Source: Candidatus Thioglobus pontius (GTDB taxonomy: Bacteria; Pseudomonadota; Gammaproteobacteria; PS1; Pseudothioglobaceae). From it: a DNA stretch of 64,000 nt. Within the stretch, counting starts at the first letter, position 1. Each line of letters starts with the position of its first letter. The translations under genes and the position numbers were made by a program. Shown one piece after another: positions 1 to 10,656 of the stretch. Under the pieces are notes generated by a model. That model was given only the letters and a program-made list of their open reading frames with translations, had not been told where the DNA came from and searched no databases. The stretch spans positions 14,641-78,640 of the forward strand of contig JACNGB010000020.1 of assembly GCA_014384345.1 (NCBI GenBank), given 5' to 3'.

Positions 1-1
1 T

Positions 2-424
2 CAACTTAAGCGCTATCACCCCATTTTAAAAACCTATCGTCCGCATAGAGCGGTTGACTATGCTGCTGCCCACGGAACACCCGTATGGGCGGCGGCTGAC
101 GGTATTGTCAAGCTTAAAGGCTGGAAAGGTGCACTTGGCAAGGCGGTCATTATTCAACATGGCGCTGATTACACCACTGTTTATGCGCACTTGTCAAACT
201 ATGCGCGCAACCTTAAAAAAGGCAAAACCGTTAAAAAAGGGCAGGTTATTGGCTATGTAGGCTCAACAGGTCGCTCAACAGGCGCCCACCTGCACTATGA
301 AATACGCCATAAAGGCGAGCGCAAAAATCCGCTCACTTATAAACTCCCCAAACAGAAAAAAGTCAGTCGGGAAGAGTTGTGGCAATTTCGCTCACAAGTT
401 AATCGGGTGCTGTCTAGCTTATAG
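2..424 (+). CDS. M23/LytM-family metallopeptidase, C-terminal part (5' end lies outside the window)
   Basis: Frame 2 is open from the window edge. Translation ...HRAVDYAAAHGTPVWAAADG...GYVGSTGRSTGAHLHYEIRHKGERKNP contains the HxxxD and HxH zinc motifs of LytM domains. Confidence 0.85.
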   Translation, partial: QLKRYHPILKTYRPHRAVDYAAAHGTPVWAAADGIVKLKGWKGALGKAVIIQHGADYTTVYAHLSNYARNLKKGKTVKKGQVIGYVGSTGRSTGAHLHYEIRHKGERKNPLTYKLPKQKKVSREELWQFRSQVNRVLSSL

Positions 425-437
425 CGCTTAAGCGTAT

Positions 438-1055
438 TTAGAGATCCTCTTGGGCCTCAATCCAATCACTCCAACTACTTGGCTTGAGATCGTTTAGATA
501 GTCTTTATCAATGTATTTGGCTTGATAAGCTTGTGCGCCAGGCACTTTGTTTAAAATAGCAAATGTAATCAATTCATCAATACGCTGTTTTCGCTTAGTA
601 CCTGGTACCAGTAATTCATTGCGAATAATGGCGGCTATCATGGCTGATTTTGCATTGCCGTGCACCTTAAAAGACTCTTCAAATAAATTTAAGGCCAGGA
701 ATTCATTTTTAATAAAGCCGTGACTGCCATCTAATAAATATAGTGCGTATTCATACAAGGCTTTATCATAACTTCTACGAACTAGCTTAATTAAAATTTC
801 GTTGGCTTCACGCTCTTGAGGCTTGTAGTCCATTAGCTCATTACCTGCCCTTACTTGTTTGGCAGCCTCATACATGGCATCAAAATCATTCAAATCAAAT
901 GCACCTTTTAACAGCAGGGACTGGCCTCTTAATACAACATCTCGAGAGCTGATTTCATTGCCAATTTGGATAAGACGCATGGCCCCGTCAGATAGGGGAG
1001 AGGCGCCAACAGTGGCGCTGAATAAAACAGAAAAAATCAGTAATTTTTTTAGCAT
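438..1055 (-). CDS. secreted hypothetical protein (N-terminal signal peptide)
   Basis: 205-aa ORF with a hydrophobic leader, MLKKLLIFSVLFSATVGASP. I recognise no family. Confidence 0.5.
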   Translation of the reverse strand: MLKKLLIFSVLFSATVGASPLSDGAMRLIQIGNEISSRDVVLRGQSLLLKGAFDLNDFDAMYEAAKQVRAGNELMDYKPQEREANEILIKLVRRSYDKALYEYALYLLDGSHGFIKNEFLALNLFEESFKVHGNAKSAMIAAIIRNELLVPGTKRKQRIDELITFAILNKVPGAQAYQAKYIDKDYLNDLKPSSWSDWIEAQEDL

Positions 1056-1181
1056 AACGGTTTTTCGTCTATTTTACCACGCTAAAAGTCATTATCCAAA
1101 GTCTGCGACAATTAATACCTTAAGGTATACAATCGATTAAAATACCTCATCAACAGAACCAATAACGCACAAGGAATAGCT

Positions 1182-2057
1182 GTGGAAACACTCTTTGAAA
1201 CAAATTTAAGCCTGCCTTTGATTCAACAAGGAAAAGTCAGAGATATTTACGATATTGACGAAAACCGCATGTTGATTGTCACCACAGATCGTCTCAGTGC
1301 ATTTGACGTGGTGTTTGATGACGGCATTGCTCAAAAAGGCGCAGTACTGACTGAAGTGGCCAATTTTTGGTTTGAAAAAACGCATCACATCTTGCCTAAT
1401 CATTTAACCCATGAGCCACTAAGTAGCGTATTAAACCCCGAAGAAGCTAAGCTGGTTGCGGGTCGCGCTGTCATTGTTAAAAAGCTCAAGCCTTTAGCGG
1501 TTGAGGCCATTGTTCGTGGTTATATTATTGGCTCAGGCTGGAAGGATTATCAACAAACTGGCAGCATATGTGGCATTCCTTTACCAGACAATTTACAACT
1601 AGCAGAAAAACTCCCGGAAGTGCTTTATACACCCTCTAGCAAAGCGGCCGTTGGCGAGCATGATGAAAATATTGATTTTAATGAAACGGTCAAACTATTA
1701 GGCACAGACTTAGCGCAGCAAGTCAAACAAGCAAGCTTGGCGCTATATCAATATGCAGCCGACTTTGCCTTAGAGCGCGGCATTATTATTGCCGATACTA
1801 AATTTGAATTTGGTCTGGATGAAAACAACACCCTAACCTTGATGGACGAAGTGCTTACACCAGATTCATCTCGCTTTTGGTCAGCAAAAGATTACGTCGT
1901 TGGCACCAGTCCTAAAAGTTTTGACAAACAGATTGTGCGTGACTATTTAGAAACCCTGGATTGGGACAAAGCACCACCTGCCCCCACCCTACCTCAGCAC
2001 ATTATTGAAAAAACGGCTGCACAATACCAACAGGTTCAACACCTATTGACCGACTAA
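1182..2057 (+). CDS. purC: phosphoribosylaminoimidazole-succinocarboxamide (SAICAR) synthase
   Basis: GKVRDIYDI...[12 protein letters not shown] motif. The length fits the long PurC form. GTG start. Confidence 0.9.
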   Translation: METLFETNLSLPLIQQGKVRDIYDIDENRMLIVTTDRLSAFDVVFDDGIAQKGAVLTEVANFWFEKTHHILPNHLTHEPLSSVLNPEEAKLVAGRAVIVKKLKPLAVEAIVRGYIIGSGWKDYQQTGSICGIPLPDNLQLAEKLPEVLYTPSSKAAVGEHDENIDFNETVKLLGTDLAQQVKQASLALYQYAADFALERGIIIADTKFEFGLDENNTLTLMDEVLTPDSSRFWSAKDYVVGTSPKSFDKQIVRDYLETLDWDKAPPAPTLPQHIIEKTAAQYQQVQHLLTD

Positions 2058-2063
2058 ACTAAT

Positions 2064-2864
2064 ATGCAGTTAAGTGGCAATATAAGCAAGATGCACACCC
2101 ATCTCAATCGAGGTGTGGCGCAGTATCAACTACCGATTGGTGACAAACTACTGAGTATGAATGATTTGGTTGGTGAAGAAATCACCCTGAGTTTTGACCA
2201 AACTATTCACTGCCAAAATTGTGGCAAACAAACCAACAAAAGCTATTCGCAAGGCCATTGCTACCCTTGCTCGCAAAAACTAGCTAGTTGTGATTTGTGT
2301 ATTATGAAGCCTGAAACCTGTCATTATCATCTGGGCACTTGCCGTGAACCGCAATGGGGGTTAGACAATTGCTTTTCGCCTCATGTTATCTATTTAGCCA
2401 ACTCGTCAGGTGCCAAGGTGGGCATTACCCGCAAAAGAAATATTCCAAGTCGCTGGATTGATCAAGGCGCTATCAACGCCCTACCAATACTAGAAGTGGA
2501 CACGCGATTAAAATCAGGCGAGCTAGAAATGGCACTCAAGCAGTTTGTTAATGACAAAACCAATTGGCGCCAAATGTTAAAAAATGAAGTGACATCCGTT
2601 GATCTTTTGGCCATCAGAGATCAGCTGCTCTCTGAGATTGGCAATACCATCGAATCAACAGGTGCACAGACCCTAGACAATGAAGCTTTGGAAATAAACT
2701 ACCCTGTGGTAGAATATCCCAGCAAAATTAGCTCGCTAAACTTTGATAAGACGCCAACCATTACTGGCGTCTTAAAAGGCATCAAGGCTCAATATTTAAT
2801 TCTAGAGTCTGGCGTGCTTAATATTAGAAAATTTAGTGGCTACAATATTACCATTACTTATTAG
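2064..2864 (+). CDS. DUF2797-like Cys-rich protein
   Basis: 266 aa with a CQNCG...CYPC...CDLC...CHYHLGTC cysteine cluster in the N-terminal third. The family assignment is from memory. Confidence 0.55.
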   Translation: MQLSGNISKMHTHLNRGVAQYQLPIGDKLLSMNDLVGEEITLSFDQTIHCQNCGKQTNKSYSQGHCYPCSQKLASCDLCIMKPETCHYHLGTCREPQWGLDNCFSPHVIYLANSSGAKVGITRKRNIPSRWIDQGAINALPILEVDTRLKSGELEMALKQFVNDKTNWRQMLKNEVTSVDLLAIRDQLLSEIGNTIESTGAQTLDNEALEINYPVVEYPSKISSLNFDKTPTITGVLKGIKAQYLILESGVLNIRKFSGYNITITY

Positions 2865-2873
2865 GAGAATATC

Positions 2874-3200
2874 ATGGCAGAATTAATTATTGAAGAGTTG
2901 GCAATTGGCGAAGGTGACGCTTGTAAAGCGGGCGATCATGTTTCAATGCACTACACCGGCTGGCTAACCAATGGCAAAAAATTTGACTCTAGTGTCGATC
3001 GCAACGAGGCATTTAACTTTCAACTGGATGTTGGCCAAGTAATTCCTGGCTGGGACCAAGGCGTCGATGGCATGCAAGTTGGCGGCAAACGCAAGCTTAC
3101 CATTCCTTCTGCTTTGGCCTATGGTGAAATGGGTGCGGGTGGCATTATCCCACCAAATGCAACACTGGTTTTTGACGTAGAACTATTGGCTATTCAATAA
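2874..3200 (+). CDS. FKBP-type peptidyl-prolyl cis-trans isomerase
   Basis: 108 aa with HYTGWL..GKKFDSS...[10 protein letters not shown]...VFDVELL, the canonical FKBP12-like core. Confidence 0.9.
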   Translation: MAELIIEELAIGEGDACKAGDHVSMHYTGWLTNGKKFDSSVDRNEAFNFQLDVGQVIPGWDQGVDGMQVGGKRKLTIPSALAYGEMGAGGIIPPNATLVFDVELLAIQ

Positions 3201-3207
3201 AAAAATT

Positions 3208-4395
3208 ATGAACGAAGATTTCCCACGAATTAAACGCCTGCCCGCTTATGTTTTTGCGGTTACCAATGAGCTAAAATCTAAGGCGAGAGCCCGTGGGGAA
3301 GATATTATTGATTTTGGCATGGGCAATCCTGACCAACCAACCCCGGATCATATTGTTGAAAAATTAGTTGAAGCAGCAAGGCGTAAAGATACGCATCGCT
3401 ACTCAACCTCACGCGGCATTCCACGCTTGCGCAAAGCGATTTCTAATTGGTATAAAAAACGCTTTGATGTTGATATTGATCCTGACACTGAGGCCATCGT
3501 CACCATTGGCTCTAAAGAAGGCTTGGCCAATTTGGCACAAGCAATTGTCGGTGCGGGTGATACTGTACTAGTGCCCAACCCGGCTTACCCAATCCATCCT
3601 TATGGGTTTGTTATTGCTGGCGCAGACATTCAGCACGTTCCTTGTGGCCCAGAAGATGACTTTTTAGCTGAGCTTGAGCGTTCAATCAAAAACACTTGGC
3701 CAAAACCAAAAATGCTGGTGCTTAATTACCCCTCGAACCCAACAACGGAATGCGTGGAATTAGAGTTTTTTGAAAAAGTGATCAAGATCGCTAAAGAACA
3801 CGAAATTTGGGTAGTTCAAGATTTAGCCTATGCCGACATTGCTTTTGACGGCTATGTGGCGCCCAGCATTATGCAGGTCAAAGGTGCCAAAGATATTGCT
3901 GTTGAGTTTTTCTCACTTTCAAAGAGCTACAATATGCCAGGCTGGCGCGTAGGCTTTATGGTGGGCAACCCAACGCTAGTAGGCGCACTGGCCAAAATTA
4001 AATCCTACCTAGACTACGGCATGTTTACCCCAATTCAAGTGGCAGCCATTGAAGCGCTAGAAGGGGATCAGACTTGTGTTCAAGAAATTTCTGACATGTA
4101 TCAAGACCGTCGTGATGTTTTATGTAGTGGACTAAACAGCATAGGCTGGACAGTTACCCCGCCAAAAGCCACCATGTTTGTTTGGGCTAAAATTCCTGAA
4201 TTTTACCAAGACATGGGCTCTCTGGAATTTACCAAAAAATTGCTTAAAGTGGCTAAAGTCGGCGTCTCTCCAGGCGTTGGCTTTGGTGATTACGGTGATC
4301 AATATGTGCGTTTTGGTCTCATTGAAAACGAACACCGCACCCGTCAGGCCATTCGCGGCATTCGTGATATGTTTAAAGCAGATGGGCTGTTATAG
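3208..4395 (+). CDS. class I/II PLP-dependent aminotransferase (AlaC/AspC-like)
   Basis: 395 aa. It has NPDQPTP, NYPSNPT and the [17 protein letters not shown]-lysine motif. Confidence 0.85.
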   Translation: MNEDFPRIKRLPAYVFAVTNELKSKARARGEDIIDFGMGNPDQPTPDHIVEKLVEAARRKDTHRYSTSRGIPRLRKAISNWYKKRFDVDIDPDTEAIVTIGSKEGLANLAQAIVGAGDTVLVPNPAYPIHPYGFVIAGADIQHVPCGPEDDFLAELERSIKNTWPKPKMLVLNYPSNPTTECVELEFFEKVIKIAKEHEIWVVQDLAYADIAFDGYVAPSIMQVKGAKDIAVEFFSLSKSYNMPGWRVGFMVGNPTLVGALAKIKSYLDYGMFTPIQVAAIEALEGDQTCVQEISDMYQDRRDVLCSGLNSIGWTVTPPKATMFVWAKIPEFYQDMGSLEFTKKLLKVAKVGVSPGVGFGDYGDQYVRFGLIENEHRTRQAIRGIRDMFKADGLL

Positions 4396-4424
4396 ATAAA
4401 CCATTAGCGTTAAAATCAATTACC

Positions 4425-5261
4425 ATGAAACTCTCTGCTAATGAATTTATCAACGCAAAACACAAGCGCCTAACCTTGCTAGGCATGTCAGGTGTTGGTA
4501 AAACTCACCTGGCTAAACTGCTATCACAAGAAGATCAGTATTTTCATTATTCAGGCGACTACCGCATTGGTGCACAATATTTAAATAGCGCTATCTTAGA
4601 TAACATTCTAACCCAGGTTAAACAAGATCCTTGGCTTAAAAGCCTACTTGAAGATGAATCTATCAGCATTCAAAACAACATTACCTTTGACAACCTGTCT
4701 TCAGTATCAGCGTTCTTAGGCAAAGTTGGCAATCCTGAATTAGGCGGCTTGCCAATTGATGAATTTATTCGTCGTCAGGCACTACACAAAGAGGCTGAAA
4801 TTCAAACCATGCTGGATGTACCAGAATTTATCAACAGATCTAACCAACAAGGCGTGTCTAATTTCATCAATGATGCAGGTGGATCCTTGTGTGAACTAGA
4901 TGATGAATCAGTCTATCAAACTCTGGCAGAGCATACCATTATTCTGTATATCAGGGCCAGCAAGACAAATGAAAGTGCGCTGATTGAGCGTGCACAAACA
5001 CACCCAAAACCTTTGTATTATCAGGCTGATTTTCTACAACAACAATTAGCTGTTTATTTATCTGAAAACCAGTTTACTTATGTCGCTCAGGCTGATCCAA
5101 ACGCCTTTGTGCGCTGGATTTTTCCGCGCCTGTTAGAACACCGAAAACCAAAATATGAGCATATTGCACAACAATATGGCTACACCATCGACAGTGAAGA
5201 TCTGTATCAGTGTCAACGTGCGGACGAAGTATTGGAACTAATTGCAGGAGCAATACGCTAA
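4425..5261 (+). CDS. P-loop NTPase/kinase-like protein of unknown function
   Basis: Walker A motif LLGMSGVGKTHLAKLL near the N-terminus. 278 aa. Its stop overlaps the metA start (TAATG). Confidence 0.6.
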   Translation: MKLSANEFINAKHKRLTLLGMSGVGKTHLAKLLSQEDQYFHYSGDYRIGAQYLNSAILDNILTQVKQDPWLKSLLEDESISIQNNITFDNLSSVSAFLGKVGNPELGGLPIDEFIRRQALHKEAEIQTMLDVPEFINRSNQQGVSNFINDAGGSLCELDDESVYQTLAEHTIILYIRASKTNESALIERAQTHPKPLYYQADFLQQQLAVYLSENQFTYVAQADPNAFVRWIFPRLLEHRKPKYEHIAQQYGYTIDSEDLYQCQRADEVLELIAGAIR

Positions 5262-6316
5262 TGCCTTTAATTGCTCACACAAACCTGCCTTCTTTTAAGC
5301 GACTTAAAGACGAAGGAGAAATTGTACTTAGTAAAGATCGAGCCAATCATCAGGTAATTCGTGAGCTGCATATTGGTCTGCTCAACATGATGCCAGACGC
5401 TGCTCTAGAGGCAACTGAGCGTCAATTTTTCCGCTTAATTGGCCACTCAAACCAAATTGCACAATTTTATCTACACCCATTTACCTTGCCTTCTATTGAG
5501 CGTGGTGAAAAAGCCAGTGCTCACATTAATGAGCACTACCAAACCTTTGAAGCCATTAAAGCTCAGGGGCTTGATGCGCTAATCATTACCGGCGCCCATA
5601 TGGAACAGGCCGATCTTCAACAAGCGCCTTTTTACGAACAATTAAAAGAAGTGCTTGACTGGTCATACGAACACGTAACCTCAACCTTGTGCTCGTGTTT
5701 AGCTACCCACGCGGTCATGGAGTTTAAATATGGGCAGAAACGCCGAGCCATGGAGAGTAAATGTTGGGGTGTATTTGAGCATAAAATTGTCGATCGAACT
5801 CACCCACTAATGAGCGGCGTGAACACCGGATTTAACGTGCCACATTCTCGCTTTAATGAAATCACCAAAGATCAATTCAAAACAGCTGGCGTTCATATTT
5901 TAGTTGACAGCAGTGTGGGCGCGCATTTGTGTGTAAGTGAAGATTTACTCAGAATTGTTTTCTTTCAAGGACACCCTGAATACGACACCATTAGCCTATT
6001 GAAAGAATATAAGCGTGAAATTATGGCCTATTTGTCAAACTCACGTGACAGCTATCCGCCTTTTCCAAAACACTATTTAACCGAGCAATCTAAAGCCATT
6101 CTTAATGAGTATCAAACTCGGCTGTTATCTGGTGAATTTAGCCTGCAAGACTTTCCAGAAGTGCTAATTACCAAGACGCTCAACAACACTTGGCATGATG
6201 CCACCAGCGCCATCATTAACAATTGGATTGGCTGTGTTTATCAAGTCACCCATGAAGAAGTTAGCAAGCCATTTATGGATGGCATAAATCCAAATGATCC
6301 GCTGAATTTGAAATAA
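5261..6316 (+). CDS. metA: homoserine O-acyltransferase (MetA family)
   Basis: MPLIAHTNLPSF...IRELHIGLLNMMPD is the typical MetA N-terminus. The ATG at 5261 is preferred over the longer track ORF starting at 5210. Confidence 0.85.
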   Translation: MPLIAHTNLPSFKRLKDEGEIVLSKDRANHQVIRELHIGLLNMMPDAALEATERQFFRLIGHSNQIAQFYLHPFTLPSIERGEKASAHINEHYQTFEAIKAQGLDALIITGAHMEQADLQQAPFYEQLKEVLDWSYEHVTSTLCSCLATHAVMEFKYGQKRRAMESKCWGVFEHKIVDRTHPLMSGVNTGFNVPHSRFNEITKDQFKTAGVHILVDSSVGAHLCVSEDLLRIVFFQGHPEYDTISLLKEYKREIMAYLSNSRDSYPPFPKHYLTEQSKAILNEYQTRLLSGEFSLQDFPEVLITKTLNNTWHDATSAIINNWIGCVYQVTHEEVSKPFMDGINPNDPLNLK

Positions 6317-6372
6317 CCAACCAAATCAATCATTTTTTGCTTTATCATTAATTAAAAAACTAAGGGGAGAAT

Positions 6373-6573
6373 ATGGATACGTTAACCGTTATCGGCTATG
6401 GATTGCTGGCATTAACAACAGCATGGACACTATTTATTTTGTACAATGTTCAGGCCAATTGCAAAAAAATCTGCAATTTCGACACAATCAAAAAGTGTGT
6501 TGCCACTTATTTATTCGGCCTAATATTGATTTTTGCCCTATACTTTGCTAACCGCTGGGTACTACTCGGCTAG
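6373..6573 (+). CDS. small two-TM membrane protein (hypothetical)
   Basis: 66-aa ORF with a GGGGAG Shine-Dalgarno sequence and two hydrophobic segments. No family recognised. Confidence 0.35.
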   Translation: MDTLTVIGYGLLALTTAWTLFILYNVQANCKKICNFDTIKKCVATYLFGLILIFALYFANRWVLLG

Positions 6574-7636
6574 CCATCTAACTCAGCAATTGTCAGCACT
6601 TTCACGCCAGTTGCTCGTCTGGTTTGATCAACACGGGCGTACCCACCTGCCTTGGCAAAAAGGCAATAAGCCCGAAGCTAATGTCTATCATGTTTGGCTC
6701 AGTGAGATCATGCTGCAACAAACTCAAGTAGCCACGGTTGTTGAGTATTTCAATCGCTTCATCCACCACTTTCCAACGCTTGCAGATTTGGCCAACGCTT
6801 CAGAAGACGAGGTGTTAGCGCAATGGGCGGGATTGGGCTATTACGCTAGAGCTAGAAACCTACACAAAACTGCACAAATTATTGTTAAACAATACCAAGG
6901 GATTTTTCCTAAAGACTTTGATCAAGTACTTGCACTGCCTGGCATTGGTCGCTCTACCGCAGGCGCCATACTATCATTGAGTTTTAACCAGAAACATGCA
7001 ATTCTGGACGGCAACGTCAAGCGCGTATTAGCCAGAATACACCAAGTAACTGGTCATTATTCTCAAAGCGCAACGCTTAATAAATTATGGCAGCTGGCCG
7101 AACAGCACACGCCAAAAGTACGCACTAACCACTACACTCAAGCCATTATGGATTTGGGCGCAACGCTATGCACACGAACCAAACCAAACTGTGAGCATTG
7201 CCCAATAACTGATCAATGCCTGTCTTTTAAGGCTGGCACCCAGTCACAATACCCCTACCCAAAGCCAAAAAAACAAAAACCCAGTCGAACGATTGCTATG
7301 TTGGTTTTTGTTAACAATAAGCAGATTCATTTACACAAACGCCCCAGTAGCGGCATTTGGGGCGGATTATGGAGTTTCGTGGAGTGCGAAAATACGCCTG
7401 AAGCTATCCAACAAACCCTGTTGGCGTTTGATCCAAACGCCACCATTAGCAAACACTTAGACTGCTTTAAGCATACATTTACACACTATCATTTGCACAT
7501 TCATCCAGTTGTTATTCAGTGCGCCACTACGAATCACGAGTTTTATTCACCACAACAATTAGCACTTGGCGTGCCAAAGCCTGTTGCCAAAATTATTGGC
7601 CGTCTTGAAAACGGCGATATACCAAGCTCAAGGTAA
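6533..7636 (+). CDS. mutY: A/G-specific adenine DNA glycosylase
   Basis: HLPWQ...VWLSEIMLQQTQV...GLGYYARARNLH...LPGIGRSTAGAI...C-x6-C-x2-C-x5-C cluster plus a NUDIX-like C-terminal domain. The start is uncertain. A TTG at 6590 would remove the overlap with the 66-aa ORF. Confidence 0.9.
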   Translation: MPYTLLTAGYYSASHLTQQLSALSRQLLVWFDQHGRTHLPWQKGNKPEANVYHVWLSEIMLQQTQVATVVEYFNRFIHHFPTLADLANASEDEVLAQWAGLGYYARARNLHKTAQIIVKQYQGIFPKDFDQVLALPGIGRSTAGAILSLSFNQKHAILDGNVKRVLARIHQVTGHYSQSATLNKLWQLAEQHTPKVRTNHYTQAIMDLGATLCTRTKPNCEHCPITDQCLSFKAGTQSQYPYPKPKKQKPSRTIAMLVFVNNKQIHLHKRPSSGIWGGLWSFVECENTPEAIQQTLLAFDPNATISKHLDCFKHTFTHYHLHIHPVVIQCATTNHEFYSPQQLALGVPKPVAKIIGRLENGDIPSSR

Positions 7637-7654
7637 ATAGATTAAAATAGGCTC

Positions 7655-8566
7655 ATGAACATTATTCGTGGCCTGCATAATTTAACAAAACACTCTGGTA
7701 GTGTTGTCACCATTGGTAATTTTGATGGTGTGCACATTGGCCATCAACACATGATCAAGCGCTTGGTAGAAAAATCAAAAGCTTTAGGACTTCCATCGGT
7801 ACTCATTTCATTTTCGCCAACCCCACAAAGTTTTTTTGGTCATCAGCAAGCAGCCCTTAGCAATTTCAAACAAAAACACCAATTATTGGCAGCATTGGGA
7901 CTGGATTTTCATCTGATTATTAAGTTTGATCAAGCGTTTTCAAAGCTCAGTGCCAACGAATTTATTCAACGCATACTGCTTGACAAACTCAACATGAAAT
8001 TTTGCTTAATTGGTGATGACTTTAGATTTGGTGCTAGGCGCACAGGCGACTTTACCCTTCTCAAAGAACGCGGCATGTTGGCCGGTTTTGAGGTTGAAAA
8101 TACCCACAGTGTTTTATGCGATGATTGTCGTGCTAGCAGTTCAACCATCCGCAAACTCTTATCTCAAGGCGATTTTAAATCAGCCAATAAAATGCTAGGT
8201 TATGAGTTTAGCATTGCTGGTAAAGTTGCTCACGGTAAGCAACTGGGCCGAACCATTAATTTTCCCACCATCAATATTCCCATCAAGCGCAAAATCAGCC
8301 CAGTATTAGGGGTGTTTGCTGTTCAAGTAGCAATTATTGGTAAAATATTTAATGGTGTTTGTAATATTGGCAAACGCCCCACCGTTAATGGTGAAAACAT
8401 TCTACTGGAAGTCTTCCTGTTTGATTTTGATCAGACCGTCTATGGCGAACAGACAACCGTCATGTTCAAAAAACACATTCGAGATGAACAAAAATTTGAC
8501 TCTTTTGACGCGCTTAAGGCGCAGATTAAACTCGACACCCAAACTGCTAAAGATTTTTTTAACTAG
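7655..8566 (+). CDS. ribF: bifunctional riboflavin kinase / FAD synthetase
   Basis: [11 protein letters not shown] nucleotidyltransferase motif and a C-terminal riboflavin-kinase domain. 303 aa. Confidence 0.92.
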   Translation: MNIIRGLHNLTKHSGSVVTIGNFDGVHIGHQHMIKRLVEKSKALGLPSVLISFSPTPQSFFGHQQAALSNFKQKHQLLAALGLDFHLIIKFDQAFSKLSANEFIQRILLDKLNMKFCLIGDDFRFGARRTGDFTLLKERGMLAGFEVENTHSVLCDDCRASSSTIRKLLSQGDFKSANKMLGYEFSIAGKVAHGKQLGRTINFPTINIPIKRKISPVLGVFAVQVAIIGKIFNGVCNIGKRPTVNGENILLEVFLFDFDQTVYGEQTTVMFKKHIRDEQKFDSFDALKAQIKLDTQTAKDFFN

Positions 8567-9590
8567 CCTTCCAGTGTAATGTTTTCCCTGCCATAAATGG
8601 CACAATGGTGCCGCCTGCATACTCGTAGCTTTCTGGTACAACCCAGTCTTGTTTTGTCAAGGTAATGGTGCTGGTATTTCTAGGTAAGTTGTAAAAATCA
8701 GGGCCAAACTTTGAAGCAAAGCCTTCAAGCTTATCCATCGCTCCTTGTGCCTCAAAAGCTGTGGCATATAGTTCAATCGCGCAATGGGCGCTCAAAATGC
8801 CTGCGCAACCACAGCCTGATTCTTTAGCCTCTTTGGCGTGAGGCGCGGAATCCGTACCTAAGAAAAACTTAGGGTTGCCGCTGGTGGCTGCCGCCAATAA
8901 TGCGCGCTGATGCGGGTTTTCACGCTTAAGAATCGGCAGGCAAAAATAATGCGGGCGAATGCCACCCACCAACATATCATTACGATTAGCCAATAAGTGG
9001 TGTGGGGTAATAGTAGCCGCCATATTAGCGTCATTTGACAAAACAAAATCAACTGCATCTTTAGTAGTGATGTGCTCAAAGACAATTTTTAACTCAGGAA
9101 AATCAGCCACAATTTGTGTCAACACTTGGTCAATAAATACCGCTTCACGATCAAAAATATCCACGTTGTGATGCGTAACCTCGCCGTGCACCAGTAGCAA
9201 CATGCCTAACTCGCTCATGGCTTCTAGTGCTGGATAAATCTTTTTAATGTCGGTCACGCCGCTGTCTGAATTAGTGGTTGCGCCCGCCGGATAAAGCTTG
9301 ACTGCTTTAACAATACCACTAGCCATGGCTTGCTTAATGTCATCAGCTTGAGTGTTGTCAGTTAAATAAAGCACCATCAGTGGATCAAGCGTTTCACCTG
9401 TTGGCAAGGCGGCAATAATCTCATCACGATAAGCCTGAGCTTGCAGTGCGCTCGTTACTGGCGGATTTAGGTTGGGCATGATAATGGCTCTACTCATTTG
9501 TTTAGCGGTCATGCCGATTACCGATTTAAGTGCCTCTCCTGAGCGCACATGCAGATGCCAATCGTCCGGCTGTAAAATTTCAAATTTCAT
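8559..9590 (-). CDS. pyrC: dihydroorotase (homodimeric type)
   Basis: [12 protein letters not shown]-terminus and about 343 aa, as in E. coli PyrC. Confidence 0.92.
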   Translation of the reverse strand: MKFEILQPDDWHLHVRSGEALKSVIGMTAKQMSRAIIMPNLNPPVTSALQAQAYRDEIIAALPTGETLDPLMVLYLTDNTQADDIKQAMASGIVKAVKLYPAGATTNSDSGVTDIKKIYPALEAMSELGMLLLVHGEVTHHNVDIFDREAVFIDQVLTQIVADFPELKIVFEHITTKDAVDFVLSNDANMAATITPHHLLANRNDMLVGGIRPHYFCLPILKRENPHQRALLAAATSGNPKFFLGTDSAPHAKEAKESGCGCAGILSAHCAIELYATAFEAQGAMDKLEGFASKFGPDFYNLPRNTSTITLTKQDWVVPESYEYAGGTIVPFMAGKTLHWKAS

Positions 9591-10656
9591 AAATCGCTCC
9601 TAATATTCTTGACTGCTTGGCACCTGTTACCGCCGTTAAGTTTGAAGGCTGCTTGTTTAAAGTGCGTTTGGCAAAATAAGCAAAGGCAGCAGCTTCAACA
9701 TAATCTGCATGGACGCCTAACTCGTTGGTTGTTTCAATATGGCTGTTTGGATTTAAATAGGCCAGCCGCTCAACCAAAAAGGCGTTATGTACGCCGCCGC
9801 CACATAAATACACATCAGCCCCTGTTGGAATATGTGCGGAAATACTGATTGCTGTAAGCTCAACCAAAGTTCTTTGCACGTCCTCTGGCGCCTCATTGCC
9901 GGTTAAGTGTTCAGATAGCCAGTCCATATTAAAGTATTCTGGTCCGGTACTTTTTGGTGCCTGCTGTTGAAAATAATTGTCAGCCAATAATTGACCAAGC
10001 AGACTTTGATCAACCAGCCCACTGCGCGACCATAGACCGTCACGATCATAATCTTGTGATTTAATGCGCTGTGTCCAATTATCTAGTAGAGTGTTTGCTG
10101 GGCCGGTATCAAAGCCAATAACTTGATCAGTAGTTATTTGGGTAATATTGGCAATACCACCCAAATTAATAATGACGCCTGATTTTTCTGCTAATAGATG
10201 TTGATGATAAATAGGTGTTAGTGGTGCGCCTTGGCCACCTGCAGCAATATCTTGCATGCGAAAATCGGCCACTGTAGTGACACCTGTTTGTTCAGCAATC
10301 AACGCACCGTGCGCAATTTGCATTGAATAGCGCCCACCTTGGTGAAAAACAGTCTGCCCGTGCGAACCAATAGCAATAATTTGATTAGCGGAAATGCCAG
10401 ATTGACGCAATAGCGCCAAGACGGTGTTGGCAAAAACACTTGCCACGCTAATGTCGACATCTGCCAAATTGGCCAATGAAGTTTGCCCGCTTTGGGTTAA
10501 CTGACGTAACGCCTGTTTGAGTTGGTCATCGTACGGTTGATAGCTTTGAGCGATGACTTGTTGGCATTGTTGATCAACAATAACGCCATCAACCCCATCC
10601 AAACTGGTGCCGGACATCAGCCCAATATAATATTGAGCAGGTGTGGTGCTAGCCAT
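9580..10656 (-). CDS. anmK: anhydro-N-acetylmuramic acid kinase
   Basis: [17 protein letters not shown] motif. The start was moved to the internal ATG (MASTTP...). The longer ORF would run about 38 nt into secA. Confidence 0.88.
   Translation of the reverse strand: MASTTPAQYYIGLMSGTSLDGVDGVIVDQQCQQVIAQSYQPYDDQLKQALRQLTQSGQTSLANLADVDISVASVFANTVLALLRQSGISANQIIAIGSHGQTVFHQGGRYSMQIAHGALIAEQTGVTTVADFRMQDIAAGGQGAPLTPIYHQHLLAEKSGVIINLGGIANITQITTDQVIGFDTGPANTLLDNWTQRIKSQDYDRDGLWSRSGLVDQSLLGQLLADNYFQQQAPKSTGPEYFNMDWLSEHLTGNEAPEDVQRTLVELTAISISAHIPTGADVYLCGGGVHNAFLVERLAYLNPNSHIETTNELGVHADYVEAAAFAYFAKRTLNKQPSNLTAVTGAKQSRILGAIYEI

Noticed and set aside
5210-5260. N-terminal extensions in the ORF track: metA from 5210, petC from 15602, bioD to 18082, rpsB to 57340 and yqhA from 30128
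   Set aside because: In each case an internal ATG gives the conserved family N-terminus. These ATGs have a better Shine-Dalgarno sequence or remove overlap with the upstream gene.
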